A stretch of DNA of 64,000 bases. It comes from Endomicrobiales bacterium (GTDB lineage: Bacteria; Elusimicrobiota; Endomicrobiia; Endomicrobiales; JALOBY01). Made by a program: the position numbers and the translations under genes. Position 1 is the first letter of the stretch; each line of letters starts with the position of its first letter. The stretch is taken from positions 160,001 through 224,000 of the forward strand of contig CAWCNJ010000005.1 in the NCBI GenBank assembly GCA_963796955.1. The letters are read 5' to 3'. Below, piece after piece: positions 47,778 to 56,836 of this stretch. The notes beneath the pieces were generated by a model. The model had not been told where the DNA came from. It was given only the letters and a program-made list of their open reading frames with translations, and did no database searches.

Positions 47778-48120
47778 TGCGGGACGCCCTTAGGCAATAA
47801 GGTATTGAATTAGCGGCAATCGGGGACGTTGAAAAAGGCAACGGGGTCACCTATTGAGGAAGTTGTCAAGTAGGTGATAACAAAAAATAAGGTGCGCCTT
47901 GCACCGTCGAAATAGTAGTAGATGTGTCCGTGCTGCAAAGATGTAACTATTTGGAACCCGTTTGGCTATCTCAAGAAGCTCCCCGATAGTTGGGGACTTC
48001 AGTCACCTATCGGCAGCGTTCGACGAAGCGAACCTCCAAAAGGCAACGGGGTCAGCCCTTGAAACCGGGAAGTTGGGGTCAGAAACCGGGAAGTTGGGGT
48101 CAGGCCTCAACTATTGACAA
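47778..48120 (+). repeat. Cluster of GGGGTCA and GGGAC motifs including a 21-bp tandem
   Basis: GGGGTCA at 47843, 48048, 48075, 48096; GAAACCGGGAAGTTGGGGTCA x2 at 48061-48102. Confidence 0.8.
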
Positions 48121-48160
48121 GACAATTTGATTGGAATACTGAAGTTGTTAGAAGATACGA

Positions 48161-48634
48161 TTGAGGGAGAACGTGAAAAACAAATTTATTTCTGAATCTT
48201 TGTCCCACATATTTAAAGGCATCGATGGGCTCAAGGCGGCCTTTCCGGATTCTAAGCGGCAGTTTACCATTGATGGCCGTTTGGTAGGAGATATCGGCGA
48301 AGTATTGGCCGCGGTTGCATATGACATCATACTTGATGAAGTGTCGCAGCCAAAGCACGACGGCACAACCTCCGACAATCGCAGAGTACAAATAAAAGCA
48401 ACCTTCCAAGACCACCTCACGTTTAGCTCTATTCCTGATTATTATTTAGGTATTGCAATTGATAAAGATGGCCGATGGGAAGAAATATACAATGGACCAG
48501 GTAGATACATTGCTGAGAGATATGCGGGCAGAAAAGGTATTGGTTCGAATTTTCTAAGATTTCCCAACAAAGATCTTCGTGAGATATCGACTAAGATCCC
48601 CACGAACGAACGCATAAATAAGAGAAATATATGA
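48161..48634 (+). CDS. Restriction-endonuclease-like protein (DUF6998-like)
   Basis: FTIDGRLVGDIGEV, HDG, VQIKAT. Confidence 0.65.
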   Translation: MRENVKNKFISESLSHIFKGIDGLKAAFPDSKRQFTIDGRLVGDIGEVLAAVAYDIILDEVSQPKHDGTTSDNRRVQIKATFQDHLTFSSIPDYYLGIAIDKDGRWEEIYNGPGRYIAERYAGRKGIGSNFLRFPNKDLREISTKIPTNERINKRNI

Positions 48635-49197
48635 AGAACAGCAATGTTGTATTCCTGGACCTTGAAACCACCGGTGTTGCACCGAAATTCGATAAAATTG
48701 TTGAAGTAGGATTGATACGGGTTGAAAAGGGCAAGGTAGTAAAGAAATACAGCCAGCTGGTAAAACCTCCATTTAAAATACCTTTTGCTGCTCAAAGTGT
48801 TCACGGCATCAGCGACGCTATGGTGAGAGATATGCCTCCTATTAAAGAAATCAAGAGCGAACTCGCCGAATTACTTAGAGACGCCTACATAATAACGCAT
48901 AGCACGAATCATTTTGATATGCACTTCCTGAGGAATTCGTTGGGCGAAAACTTTGTTGATATGGCTAAACATATAAATCTCTTATTCTTATCAAGAAAAT
49001 TGGATAAGGAGTTCACTAGTCACAAGCTTGAAAGTGTGGCAACAAGGTATTCGGTAAGGCTTAAAGATCAGCACAGAGCACTTTCAGATGCCAACACAAC
49101 TTATGAGTGCTTCGTAGGATTGTGTAAAAGACATAACATCGATGATATTAATAAAATTGTTGCCCTCTTGAGAGTGAAAGCCAGGCGAAAAGAGTAA
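48631..49197 (+). CDS. DnaQ-like DEDDh 3'-5' exonuclease
   Basis: DLETTG, VHGI, H...FD, HRALSDA. Confidence 0.9.
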   Translation: MKNSNVVFLDLETTGVAPKFDKIVEVGLIRVEKGKVVKKYSQLVKPPFKIPFAAQSVHGISDAMVRDMPPIKEIKSELAELLRDAYIITHSTNHFDMHFLRNSLGENFVDMAKHINLLFLSRKLDKEFTSHKLESVATRYSVRLKDQHRALSDANTTYECFVGLCKRHNIDDINKIVALLRVKARRKE

Positions 49198-49227
49198 GAT
49201 ATCGGAACAGGCGGTTCATAAAGGGTA

Positions 49228-49255
49228 CGGTGTCAGACCTAAGTGACTTAAGTAA
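49228..49255 (+). repeat. Solo element-end copy
   Basis: CGGTGTCAGACCTAAGTGACTTAAGTAA, 26/28 to 29377-29404. Confidence 0.85.
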
Positions 49256-49355
49256 CTCGCCAGGGGATGTTCGGAGTGAGTTAACTAGTTAGCGGTAGTT
49301 GTGTAATTATAAAGTTGTACTTGACATTTGCACAGACGTGTGGTACTATTCTTGT

Positions 49356-50516
49356 ATGATAATAACGCGCGAGATAAATAAAGAGTTGCTGTGTTCCGCC
49401 AAGAAATATCCCGTGGTTACCATCACGGGGCCCCGCCAGTCTGGAAAAACCACCCTTGCAAAAACCGCATTCCCCAAAAAGCCATATTTTAGCATGGAGG
49501 ACCCTGATGTTCGCGAGGCCGCTATCGGTGACCCGCGTGGGTTTTTTGCCGGCCTTAAGGGCGGGGCGGTTATTGATGAAATACAGCGCGCGCCGGTGTT
49601 GTTGTCATATATTCAGGGCATCGTTGACAAAACGGGGAAAACCGGGCAATTCATTCTTACTGGCAGCCAGCAGCTTGAGTTGGCCGGCACCATTTCGCAA
49701 TCTCTGGCGGGCAGAACCGCGATGCTTAAACTTCTGCCGTTTTCCATTGCGGAACTTTCCCAGATGCGGAAACAGCCGCAGGTTGATGATATGCTCTTAA
49801 GCGGTTTTTATCCCAGGGTACATGAGAAAAAGATACAGCCGGCAAAAGCTTACCGGGATTATTTTGAGACCTATATTCAACGGGATCTTAGGCAGCTGAT
49901 ACAGATAAAAGACCTGCACCTATTCCAAAAATTTGTCAGGCTGTGCGCGGGCAGGATAGGCAGCATATTTGTAGCTAGCAATCTTGCTAATGAGGTTGGG
50001 GTCTCTATTACTACCATACAATCATGGGTCTCTATACTAGAAGCTTCCTATATAGTATTTTTGCTGCAGCCATATTACGAAAATATAGGAAAACGGCTGA
50101 TTAAATCTCCAAAAATGTATTTTTATGATGTTGGCGTAGCGTCATATTTGCTGGGCATTGAAAATGTTACGCAAATGATGCGTGACCCGTTGCGCGGATC
50201 ATTAATAGAGAACCTGGTGCTTATGGAATTGGTGAAAAAACGGTTGAATGCCGGATTGGATCCCGCGTTGTATTTTTATCGAGACAGCCATCAAAACGAA
50301 GTGGATGTTGTTTTCAAGACCGGGAATGAACTGGTTCCTTATGAAATAAAATCCGCCCAAACATTCCAAATGTCATGGTTCAAGCAGCTTAATTATTTCT
50401 CAGGTGTATTTGCTGGCCGTGTAAAGCGCGGTTATGTGGCCTACACGGGCGAGCACGAACAGAAGATTGGAATATTTCAGCTGATCAAATACAGTAACGC
50501 AGCAAAGTCGCTATAG
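49356..50516 (+). CDS. AAA_14/DUF4143-type ATPase
   Basis: GPRQSGKTT, IDEIQ, LTGSQ, EVDVV..EIKS; TTGACA-17-TACTAT promoter. Confidence 0.9.
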   Translation: MIITREINKELLCSAKKYPVVTITGPRQSGKTTLAKTAFPKKPYFSMEDPDVREAAIGDPRGFFAGLKGGAVIDEIQRAPVLLSYIQGIVDKTGKTGQFILTGSQQLELAGTISQSLAGRTAMLKLLPFSIAELSQMRKQPQVDDMLLSGFYPRVHEKKIQPAKAYRDYFETYIQRDLRQLIQIKDLHLFQKFVRLCAGRIGSIFVASNLANEVGVSITTIQSWVSILEASYIVFLLQPYYENIGKRLIKSPKMYFYDVGVASYLLGIENVTQMMRDPLRGSLIENLVLMELVKKRLNAGLDPALYFYRDSHQNEVDVVFKTGNELVPYEIKSAQTFQMSWFKQLNYFSGVFAGRVKRGYVAYTGEHEQKIGIFQLIKYSNAAKSL

Positions 50517-50545
50517 AGTATCGGTGTCAGACGAGATCATATTAA

Positions 50546-50901
50546 ATGAAGACAGGCATTTATAAGAACATTGTAGTTATTATTGCACTCGTGGGGCTTG
50601 GCGGCTGCGCGACAGTTTTTAACGACCAGGAGCGAAGTGACTTGGTGCGTCTTGAAAACAACGGTGATTCCGCGCTTTTGCAAAACAAGGCGGTTACCAG
50701 AAGCATATTACTTGCTCATTTTAAGAAATGGAAGGGCACAAAGTACGTATACGGCGGCTCGGGTAGAAATGGCATTGATTGCTCGGGATTCATCTACCAG
50801 GCATTCTTATCAGAGTTTGGCATACAACTGCCCAGAGAAAGCATCGTACAGGGCGAAGTCGGCTACGATATTCCCGTTGAACTTCTTCAGCCGGGTGACC
50901 T
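50546..50901 (+). pseudogene. Truncated duplicate of the NlpC/P60 gene
   Basis: Near-identical to 51073-51428; lacks the catalytic His region. Confidence 0.85.
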
Positions 50902-51072
50902 TGACAATCAGGGACGTTGTCAAGATGTCAAGATACTGAATAGTTCGACCATAGCACTAAGGCAGGAATTATTTGAAACGATCGTTTCCTGTCCGGTAGG
51001 CGGGCTGAAACTCAACGGGGTCAGCTCTTGAAACTGGAAGCAGTGGAATAGTGTCAGACGAGATTGTATTAA

Positions 51073-51588
51073 ATGAAGACAGGCATTTATAAGAGCATTG
51101 TAGTTATTATTGCACTCGTGGGGCTTGGCGGCTGCGCGACAGTTTTTAACGACCAGGAGCGAAGCGACTTGGTGCGTCTTGAAAATAACGGTGATTCCGC
51201 GCTTTTGCAAAACAAGGCGGTTACCAGAAGCATATTGCTTGCTCATTTTAAGAAATGGAAGGGCACAAAGTACGTATACGGCGGCTCGGGCAGAAATGGC
51301 ATTGATTGCTCAGGATTCATCTGCCAGGCATTCTTGTCAGAGTTTGGCATACAACTGCCCAGAGAAAGCATCATACAGGGCGAAGTCGGCTACGATATTC
51401 CCGTTGAACTTCTTCAGCCGGGTGACCTGGTGTTCTTTAAGCTGGGCGTAAACCAGAACCACGCGGGAATATATCTGGACAATAACGATTTCATCCATGC
51501 CGCATTAAGCAAAGGCGTAACGCGCTCCAGCCTGAATGACCCATACTGGCATGCCAGGTTCTGGAAAGCCCGAAGGGTCAGCAAATAG
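51073..51588 (+). CDS. NlpC/P60 lipoprotein
   Basis: Lipobox LGGC, Y.YGG, GIDCSGF, PGDLVFF, HAGIY, FIHA. Confidence 0.92.
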   Translation: MKTGIYKSIVVIIALVGLGGCATVFNDQERSDLVRLENNGDSALLQNKAVTRSILLAHFKKWKGTKYVYGGSGRNGIDCSGFICQAFLSEFGIQLPRESIIQGEVGYDIPVELLQPGDLVFFKLGVNQNHAGIYLDNNDFIHAALSKGVTRSSLNDPYWHARFWKARRVSK

Positions 51589-51724
51589 GGGCTATCCGGG
51601 ACGGAGTCAACTTGATAACTTAACGGTACTGTGTTGGGGCATGGGACACTGATCCCGATCAATGGGAATCTATAATGAATAATAGGGACATCCTTGGGTA
51701 ATTAGTTGTTGAAAGGAGCGGGAA

Positions 51725-51973
51725 ATGCGGCGCAATAGCAGGGGGATCTCTATCGTTGGGGTTGTGGTGGCGTTGTTGGTGATCGGCGGTTTGTATCTTT
51801 GGTACACGCGGGGCGGGCTGAAGGACGCGGCCCGCAATGCCCAGGACCGGTACACGGGGGATGTTATCGGCAAAGTGCAGACGAAAACGCTGGCCCAGGA
51901 CGCGGCCAACAAGGCGAATGACGCCGTAAAGAATATGGAAGACCAAACTAACAAGGCCCTGGATCAGAATTAA
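51725..51973 (+). CDS. Small single-TM protein with prepilin-like N-terminus
   Basis: MRRNSRG then a hydrophobic run; AAGGAG RBS. Confidence 0.6.
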   Translation: MRRNSRGISIVGVVVALLVIGGLYLWYTRGGLKDAARNAQDRYTGDVIGKVQTKTLAQDAANKANDAVKNMEDQTNKALDQN

Positions 51974-51994
51974 CTTAAGAGGTGACAAGCTGAC

Positions 51995-52246
51995 ATGAAA
52001 GCGACCGTGAAGCGCTGCGGTAAGATCATCGGGCGCGGTCACAACCGGAGGGTGCAAAAGATAGGCGAAAACACAACCTTCAAGGGCCCGGAAAGCTACT
52101 CTCGCAGGCGAGGCGTAAAACTGATAAACCTTAACCTTCCCGAATGCAAGGAAATGATGAAGAGCTTTACAGCCGGAAAACCGAAATTATGGAATGAAGA
52201 CATCGGGGTTTGTAGGGGTCGCAGACAAGTAGATCGTCAACAATAA
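51995..52246 (+). pseudogene. Cytosine/nucleoside deaminase remnant with internal deletion
   Basis: GKIIGRGHNRRVQ joined directly to IGENTTF..LWNEDIG; HxE and PCxxC absent. Confidence 0.7.
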
Positions 52247-52259
52247 GGGCGGACAGCTG

Positions 52260-53039
52260 ATGAAAAAACGTATGCCGGTTATATTTATCGGGCACGGCTC
52301 ACCGATGAATGCGCTGCAGGACAACGCGTTTACAAAAACGCTTCATGTGGTGGCGCAAAGCATGGAAACGCCAAAAGCTATTGTCTGCATTTCGGCCCAC
52401 TGGCAAACCAACGGCACATATATTACCGGTTCGAGCGAACCGGAGCAGATCTACGATTTTTACGGTTTCCCGCAAGAACTGTATGACATTAAGTATAAAC
52501 CGAAAGGCGCGCCGGCGCTTGCAAAAGAGACGAAGCGGCTTTTGCTGGGCGCTAATGCCGGTTTAGACATGGCCCGGGGTATTGACCATGGGACGTGGGC
52601 TGTGCTTAAACACCTCTACCCTCAGTGCAATGTTCCGGTAATTCAGATCAGTCTGGACGCGGCGAAACCCTCGCGGGAACATTTTGCTATTGGCAGGTTG
52701 TTATCTGAGTTACGGAATGAAGGTGTGCTTATCATAGGAAGCGGCAATATAGTTCATAACCTCTCTATGATAGACTGGGCACAGTTCGCAAAACACTCGC
52801 CCGGGTGGGCGCTGGATTTTGACAGATATGTTAAAGACGCACTGAACGCAGGGAACGATGATAAACTTATAGCCTACGGCGACAACCGCAGTGCGGCCTA
52901 TGCCGTTGCAACAAACGAGCATTATCTCCCCATGCTGTATGCCTGCGCTTTAAGGAGCAAGGGGGAAAAACTCGAGTACATCCATGAGGGTTTCCAGCAC
53001 GCATCAATTTCAATGCGCAGTTTTGTGATAGGGTTATAA
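52260..53039 (+). CDS. ygiD: 4,5-DOPA-type extradiol dioxygenase (LigB family)
   Basis: FIGHGSPMN, SAHW, YDFYGFP, DHG, GSGNIVHNL, EHYLP. Confidence 0.9.
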   Translation: MKKRMPVIFIGHGSPMNALQDNAFTKTLHVVAQSMETPKAIVCISAHWQTNGTYITGSSEPEQIYDFYGFPQELYDIKYKPKGAPALAKETKRLLLGANAGLDMARGIDHGTWAVLKHLYPQCNVPVIQISLDAAKPSREHFAIGRLLSELRNEGVLIIGSGNIVHNLSMIDWAQFAKHSPGWALDFDRYVKDALNAGNDDKLIAYGDNRSAAYAVATNEHYLPMLYACALRSKGEKLEYIHEGFQHASISMRSFVIGL

Positions 53040-53139
53040 TAGAGTAACCTGCTATTTTGTCAGGAAGTTGCCAACGATGGCAAAATAGCCGCCAATATCG
53101 GAAGACAAAAATGAATAGAGCAATACAGTTGGGGCGGAT

Positions 53140-53646
53140 ATGAAGAAGAAAGTAATCGTCAACGATATGATGCAGAAGAATTACTGTTATGAATTGGTTG
53201 AGAAACCGGGTTGCAATTTTGATGAGCGTTTTAATCCGGAATTGACGCCGAAACAGATGCTGAGGCTGGGTGTCTTTGGCGGCAAATATATGACTGATTG
53301 CCGGAAAGAATTTCCCGCGGATTGGTTTGCCGGCGCGAAATTGTGCCGCGAACGGCATGATGCCTCGCTGAATTATTTTAAGGTTAACGCCAGCCAGCCG
53401 CTCTCCGTGTGGCGAAAGAAAGGGTGGATATACAGCTCCGATCCGAGAGGCTGGTTCCAGTGGTACTGTAGGTACTATAGCGGGCGGCGCCTGCCTGCTG
53501 AGGACAATATCCAAATAGTACGGTGGCTTGCCATTCGCCGCCATGGAGCGCAGCTGCGAAAGAATTGCGCGCCCGGAGATATTGCGTGCAGGCCCAGACA
53601 ACGCCAGGCGTTGTTACACTGGGCGTATGACAGCAGGGAAATATAG
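53140..53646 (+). CDS. Conserved hypothetical protein
   Basis: LTPKQMLRLGVFGGKY, DPRGWFQWYCRY, RQALLHWAYD. Confidence 0.8.
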   Translation: MKKKVIVNDMMQKNYCYELVEKPGCNFDERFNPELTPKQMLRLGVFGGKYMTDCRKEFPADWFAGAKLCRERHDASLNYFKVNASQPLSVWRKKGWIYSSDPRGWFQWYCRYYSGRRLPAEDNIQIVRWLAIRRHGAQLRKNCAPGDIACRPRQRQALLHWAYDSREI

Positions 53647-53673
53647 AAGACCCCATATTTATAAGGCGGTGCG

Positions 53674-54060
53674 ATGGCTTACATTGTTTGGCAGCGTAAC
53701 TATTCTGTAGGCGTTCCTTCCATTGACTTGCAGCATGAAAAACTGGTCGGCATAATTAATACCTTATATGACCGTGTAAGCAATGGGAAGGCGTCGGAAG
53801 GGTTTAGTGAATTATTGAACCAATTGCGCGCCTATGCTGATTATCATTTTCGTCACGAGGAAATTTTGCTTGGGGATGTAAATTATAGCGATCTAAAAGA
53901 GCAAAACAGCAGTCACAACGCTTATCGCGCACGAATGGCTGCACTGTCAGGCGCGGAGTGCGACCCCACAGAGTTGCTGGCGTTCCTTAAAGATTGGTGG
54001 GTGAACCACATAACCAAATCAGACATGCTGTATAAAGATGCGCTTAAAGGAACACCGTAG
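53674..54060 (+). CDS. Bacteriohemerythrin
   Basis: W...YSVG...ID.QH, HF.HEE, H, W...HI...D. Confidence 0.9.
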   Translation: MAYIVWQRNYSVGVPSIDLQHEKLVGIINTLYDRVSNGKASEGFSELLNQLRAYADYHFRHEEILLGDVNYSDLKEQNSSHNAYRARMAALSGAECDPTELLAFLKDWWVNHITKSDMLYKDALKGTP

Positions 54061-54095
54061 ATCGATAGAGTCGGTCTTGCCGAAAAAGGATTTTT

Positions 54096-54497
54096 ATGTC
54101 AACGAGCATGCGCTACGAAATAGACACGCAGGCGGGCCTTGTGTGTATTACTTACACGGAAAACCTTCTCAGTTTTTTTGAATGGAATAAGGTAATGAAC
54201 CTTATTCTTCATGACCCGCTTTTTAAGCCGGGGTACGGCTTTCTGATCGATCGCCGCAGTATTACCGTCGTCCCGGAAAAGGGTTTCGGTAAAAGTGTTG
54301 CTTTGTATATCCAGGCGCATATTCAGGAATTGCGGGATAGCCATTTCGCGGTGGTCGTCAGCGGGCTGGCGACGTATGGGATAATGCGTATGCTGCAAGG
54401 GTTTATGGGCGAGACCGAGCATTTTATGATATATCGCGATATCGAAAAAGCGAAGCAGTGGCTGGCAGAAAAAGCCGCGGGCACCGTGGAACGCTGA
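54096..54497 (+). CDS. Hypothetical protein (SpoIIAA/STAS-like)
   Basis: LIDRR, AVVV, C-terminal EKAKQWL. Confidence 0.6.
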   Translation: MSTSMRYEIDTQAGLVCITYTENLLSFFEWNKVMNLILHDPLFKPGYGFLIDRRSITVVPEKGFGKSVALYIQAHIQELRDSHFAVVVSGLATYGIMRMLQGFMGETEHFMIYRDIEKAKQWLAEKAAGTVER

Positions 54498-54680
54498 TAA
54501 GAAATACCCACGCGGCACAATGGGAGATAGGATGCGTTTAAAACGGGTGAATACCGCCGAGAAAGAAAAAGCATCGAATGTGATACAGCGTCTACGCGCG
54601 GACTTTTCCATAGAGCATGTTGTTGAAAAAGACAGGTAACACCGGCAGGGTTTTAGATATTAATACGTACTAAGGAAGCT

Positions 54681-54923
54681 ATGGCTGAACACACGTCTAA
54701 AGACCCTTTGCACGGGGTTACCCTGGAAAAGATACTTGAGCACCTGGTTACAACCTATGGCTGGCCGAAGCTTGCAGAGATCATTGTTGTGCGGTGTTTT
54801 TATAACGAGCCGAGTATAAAGTCCAGCTTAAAGTTCCTGCGCAAAACACCCTGGGCGCGCAAAGCCGTTGAAGACCTGTGGGTACGGACAACCGCCCGCC
54901 AGGCCCAGGAACGGCGCAGTTAG
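54681..54923 (+). CDS. VF530/DUF2132 family protein
   Basis: [31 protein letters not shown]. Confidence 0.9.
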   Translation: MAEHTSKDPLHGVTLEKILEHLVTTYGWPKLAEIIVVRCFYNEPSIKSSLKFLRKTPWARKAVEDLWVRTTARQAQERRS

Positions 54924-54961
54924 ATATTCGATAATGTTGTGACATTGTAGAGCGCATTGGC

Positions 54962-55918
54962 TTACCCTACCAACACCCGCAGGCGCCGCGGTTCTTCTCC
55001 CAGCCAGGCGGGGTTGGAGGCAGTGCCGTCGAATAGGGATGTAGTTTTGAACGGCTCGAATTGGCCGTGCGCGGCAGCCGAGGCTGTTCTTTGCAGCAGC
55101 GCGCTCACCTGCTCCGCGCTGAGCGGGCGGAATGTGCGGGCCGCCTCGAAGGCCTGATCAAGTATTTTCATGCTGTCTATCCCGGTTATTACCACGGACG
55201 TCGGAAGGTTCATGGCGTAATGCAGACATTCCACGGCGCTTACCGTTTTGGAGCTGAGTATTATACCGTCGGCCATGCATTTCATTCCTAGAACACCGAT
55301 GTTATGTTTTACCAGTTCCGGCAGCACCTCTTTTTCAAAGCTTCTGAAATGCGCGTCCATAACGTTCAGCGGCATCTGAACGGCATCGAATGAAAAATTG
55401 TGCGCGGCCGCGACCGCGAGCATACGCAGATGTATCTTCGGGTCTTTGTGCCCCGTAAAGCCGATGAAGCGCAGCTTGCCGGCCTTGCGCGCGGCGATAA
55501 GGGCGGCATTCGCGCCTTCCTCATCGAAGATCCTGTCGGGATCATCGAACCTGATAACCTCATGGTGCTGCACAAGGTCAATGGTCTCTACCTTCAGCCT
55601 GCGCAGCGATGCCTCCAGCTGCCGGGTAGCCTCCGAGGCCGAGCGTCCGTCTATCTTGGTCATAAGGAACGCTTTTTCCCTGTAGCCCTCGCCCAGCGCC
55701 TTGCCCATGCGCAATTCGCACGCCCCGTCGAAATAATCCCAGGAATTATCCATAAAATTAATACCCCGGTCTATGGCTGAGCGTACAATGCGCATGCTTA
55801 ACTGTTCGCTGACAGCCGGCTGCCCCAGGTGCCACCCTCCAAGGCCGATAGCTGAGACCTGTTCGCCGGTACTGCCAAGTAATCTGTATTGCATCTCTTC
55901 AACAGGGATAGAATTCAT
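54962..55918 (-). CDS. Aldo/keto reductase
   Basis: YRLLG.TG..VS.IGLG, DNSWDY, TK, SLRRL..IDL, IGFTGH. Confidence 0.9.
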   Translation of the reverse strand: MNSIPVEEMQYRLLGSTGEQVSAIGLGGWHLGQPAVSEQLSMRIVRSAIDRGINFMDNSWDYFDGACELRMGKALGEGYREKAFLMTKIDGRSASEATRQLEASLRRLKVETIDLVQHHEVIRFDDPDRIFDEEGANAALIAARKAGKLRFIGFTGHKDPKIHLRMLAVAAAHNFSFDAVQMPLNVMDAHFRSFEKEVLPELVKHNIGVLGMKCMADGIILSSKTVSAVECLHYAMNLPTSVVITGIDSMKILDQAFEAARTFRPLSAEQVSALLQRTASAAAHGQFEPFKTTSLFDGTASNPAWLGEEPRRLRVLVG

Positions 55919-56104
55919 AGAATAGCTCCTGATTATTGAACTGCCGATATTCTTCTAATGTCCATGACCAGCACTTTTATATAATTAGTAGATATCGACA
56001 GGCTACCATAATGAAGGGTTCAAATTACATAGTCCGATACCCCCGGCGGCTGTCCGTATTCTGGAGGTTTGTCGGGGTGCACCGGCCCCGGACAATACGA
56101 AATA

Positions 56105-56141
56105 AAAGACCACACCCTGTTACCGTGTGGTCTTTTTGTTT
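56105..56141. terminator. Bidirectional intrinsic terminator
   Basis: AAAAGACCACAC..GTGTGGTCTTTT. Confidence 0.65.
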
Positions 56142-56186
56142 AGAGTTACTTGAGCGATTTGTTGTTAATGGAAGGTGAATAACCCG

Positions 56187-56738
56187 CTATTTTGTAAGGA
56201 AGATACCGACGATAGCAAAATACCCTCCGCACAATGCCAATATGGAGCCGACGTACCATAGGGGACGCCGTTTGGTGATCAATGTAACCGACGAGAGCAT
56301 TATGGCTATCTGCAAAAAGATAAGGGCAATGCTTAGCTTGCCTGAGCGTTGTTGATTCAGTAGTTTATCGGCTTCCATTGCTTCGGCTTGTTTCTTGATG
56401 TCGTCCTTTTCAGCGCCGTAGCGAGTGATGTTGGAAGCATCCAGCTCTATGGTTTTATCAAATTGCTGCTGAACGCTTTTGGTGAATACACATCGTTGGG
56501 CCGCCAGCTGAAGTTCCAGATTCTGTTTTTGTATCTCGTAAGCGTGCTGTTTTATGCTTTTGGCCTGGTAGTACGACCACTGGTTGGTTATCTGCCCCTG
56601 CAAAAGGGCGGTGCGCGACGAGTATTTGCCCATATACAACGTTACAACGCCCGCAACAACGGCCATTATGGACAGTGACAAAGCAACCCATATGGTCCAG
56701 GTTTCTGTTTTGTTATCGCTCACTTTTTCGCTCCTCAT
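56187..56738 (-). CDS. DUF4337-like membrane protein
   Basis: WSYYQAKSIKQ, LQIAIMLSS. Confidence 0.8.
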   Translation of the reverse strand: MRSEKVSDNKTETWTIWVALSLSIMAVVAGVVTLYMGKYSSRTALLQGQITNQWSYYQAKSIKQHAYEIQKQNLELQLAAQRCVFTKSVQQQFDKTIELDASNITRYGAEKDDIKKQAEAMEADKLLNQQRSGKLSIALIFLQIAIMLSSVTLITKRRPLWYVGSILALCGGYFAIVGIFLTK

Positions 56739-56836
56739 TTCGCTGAAGTGTGAACATTATACAAAAGTTCACATAAATCCTACAAACAACGCATATTTTA
56801 AAAGGGAATAATTTTTCTGAACTTACTGCTGGTGTG

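Noticed and set aside
51725..51973. Type IV pilin
   Set aside because: Lacks Phe+1 and Glu+5 after the Gly, and there are no pilus genes nearby.
55990..56141. Riboswitch or sRNA between the AKR and DUF4337-like genes
   Set aside because: Some pairing potential but no recognisable aptamer; the terminator is explained by the neighbouring gene.
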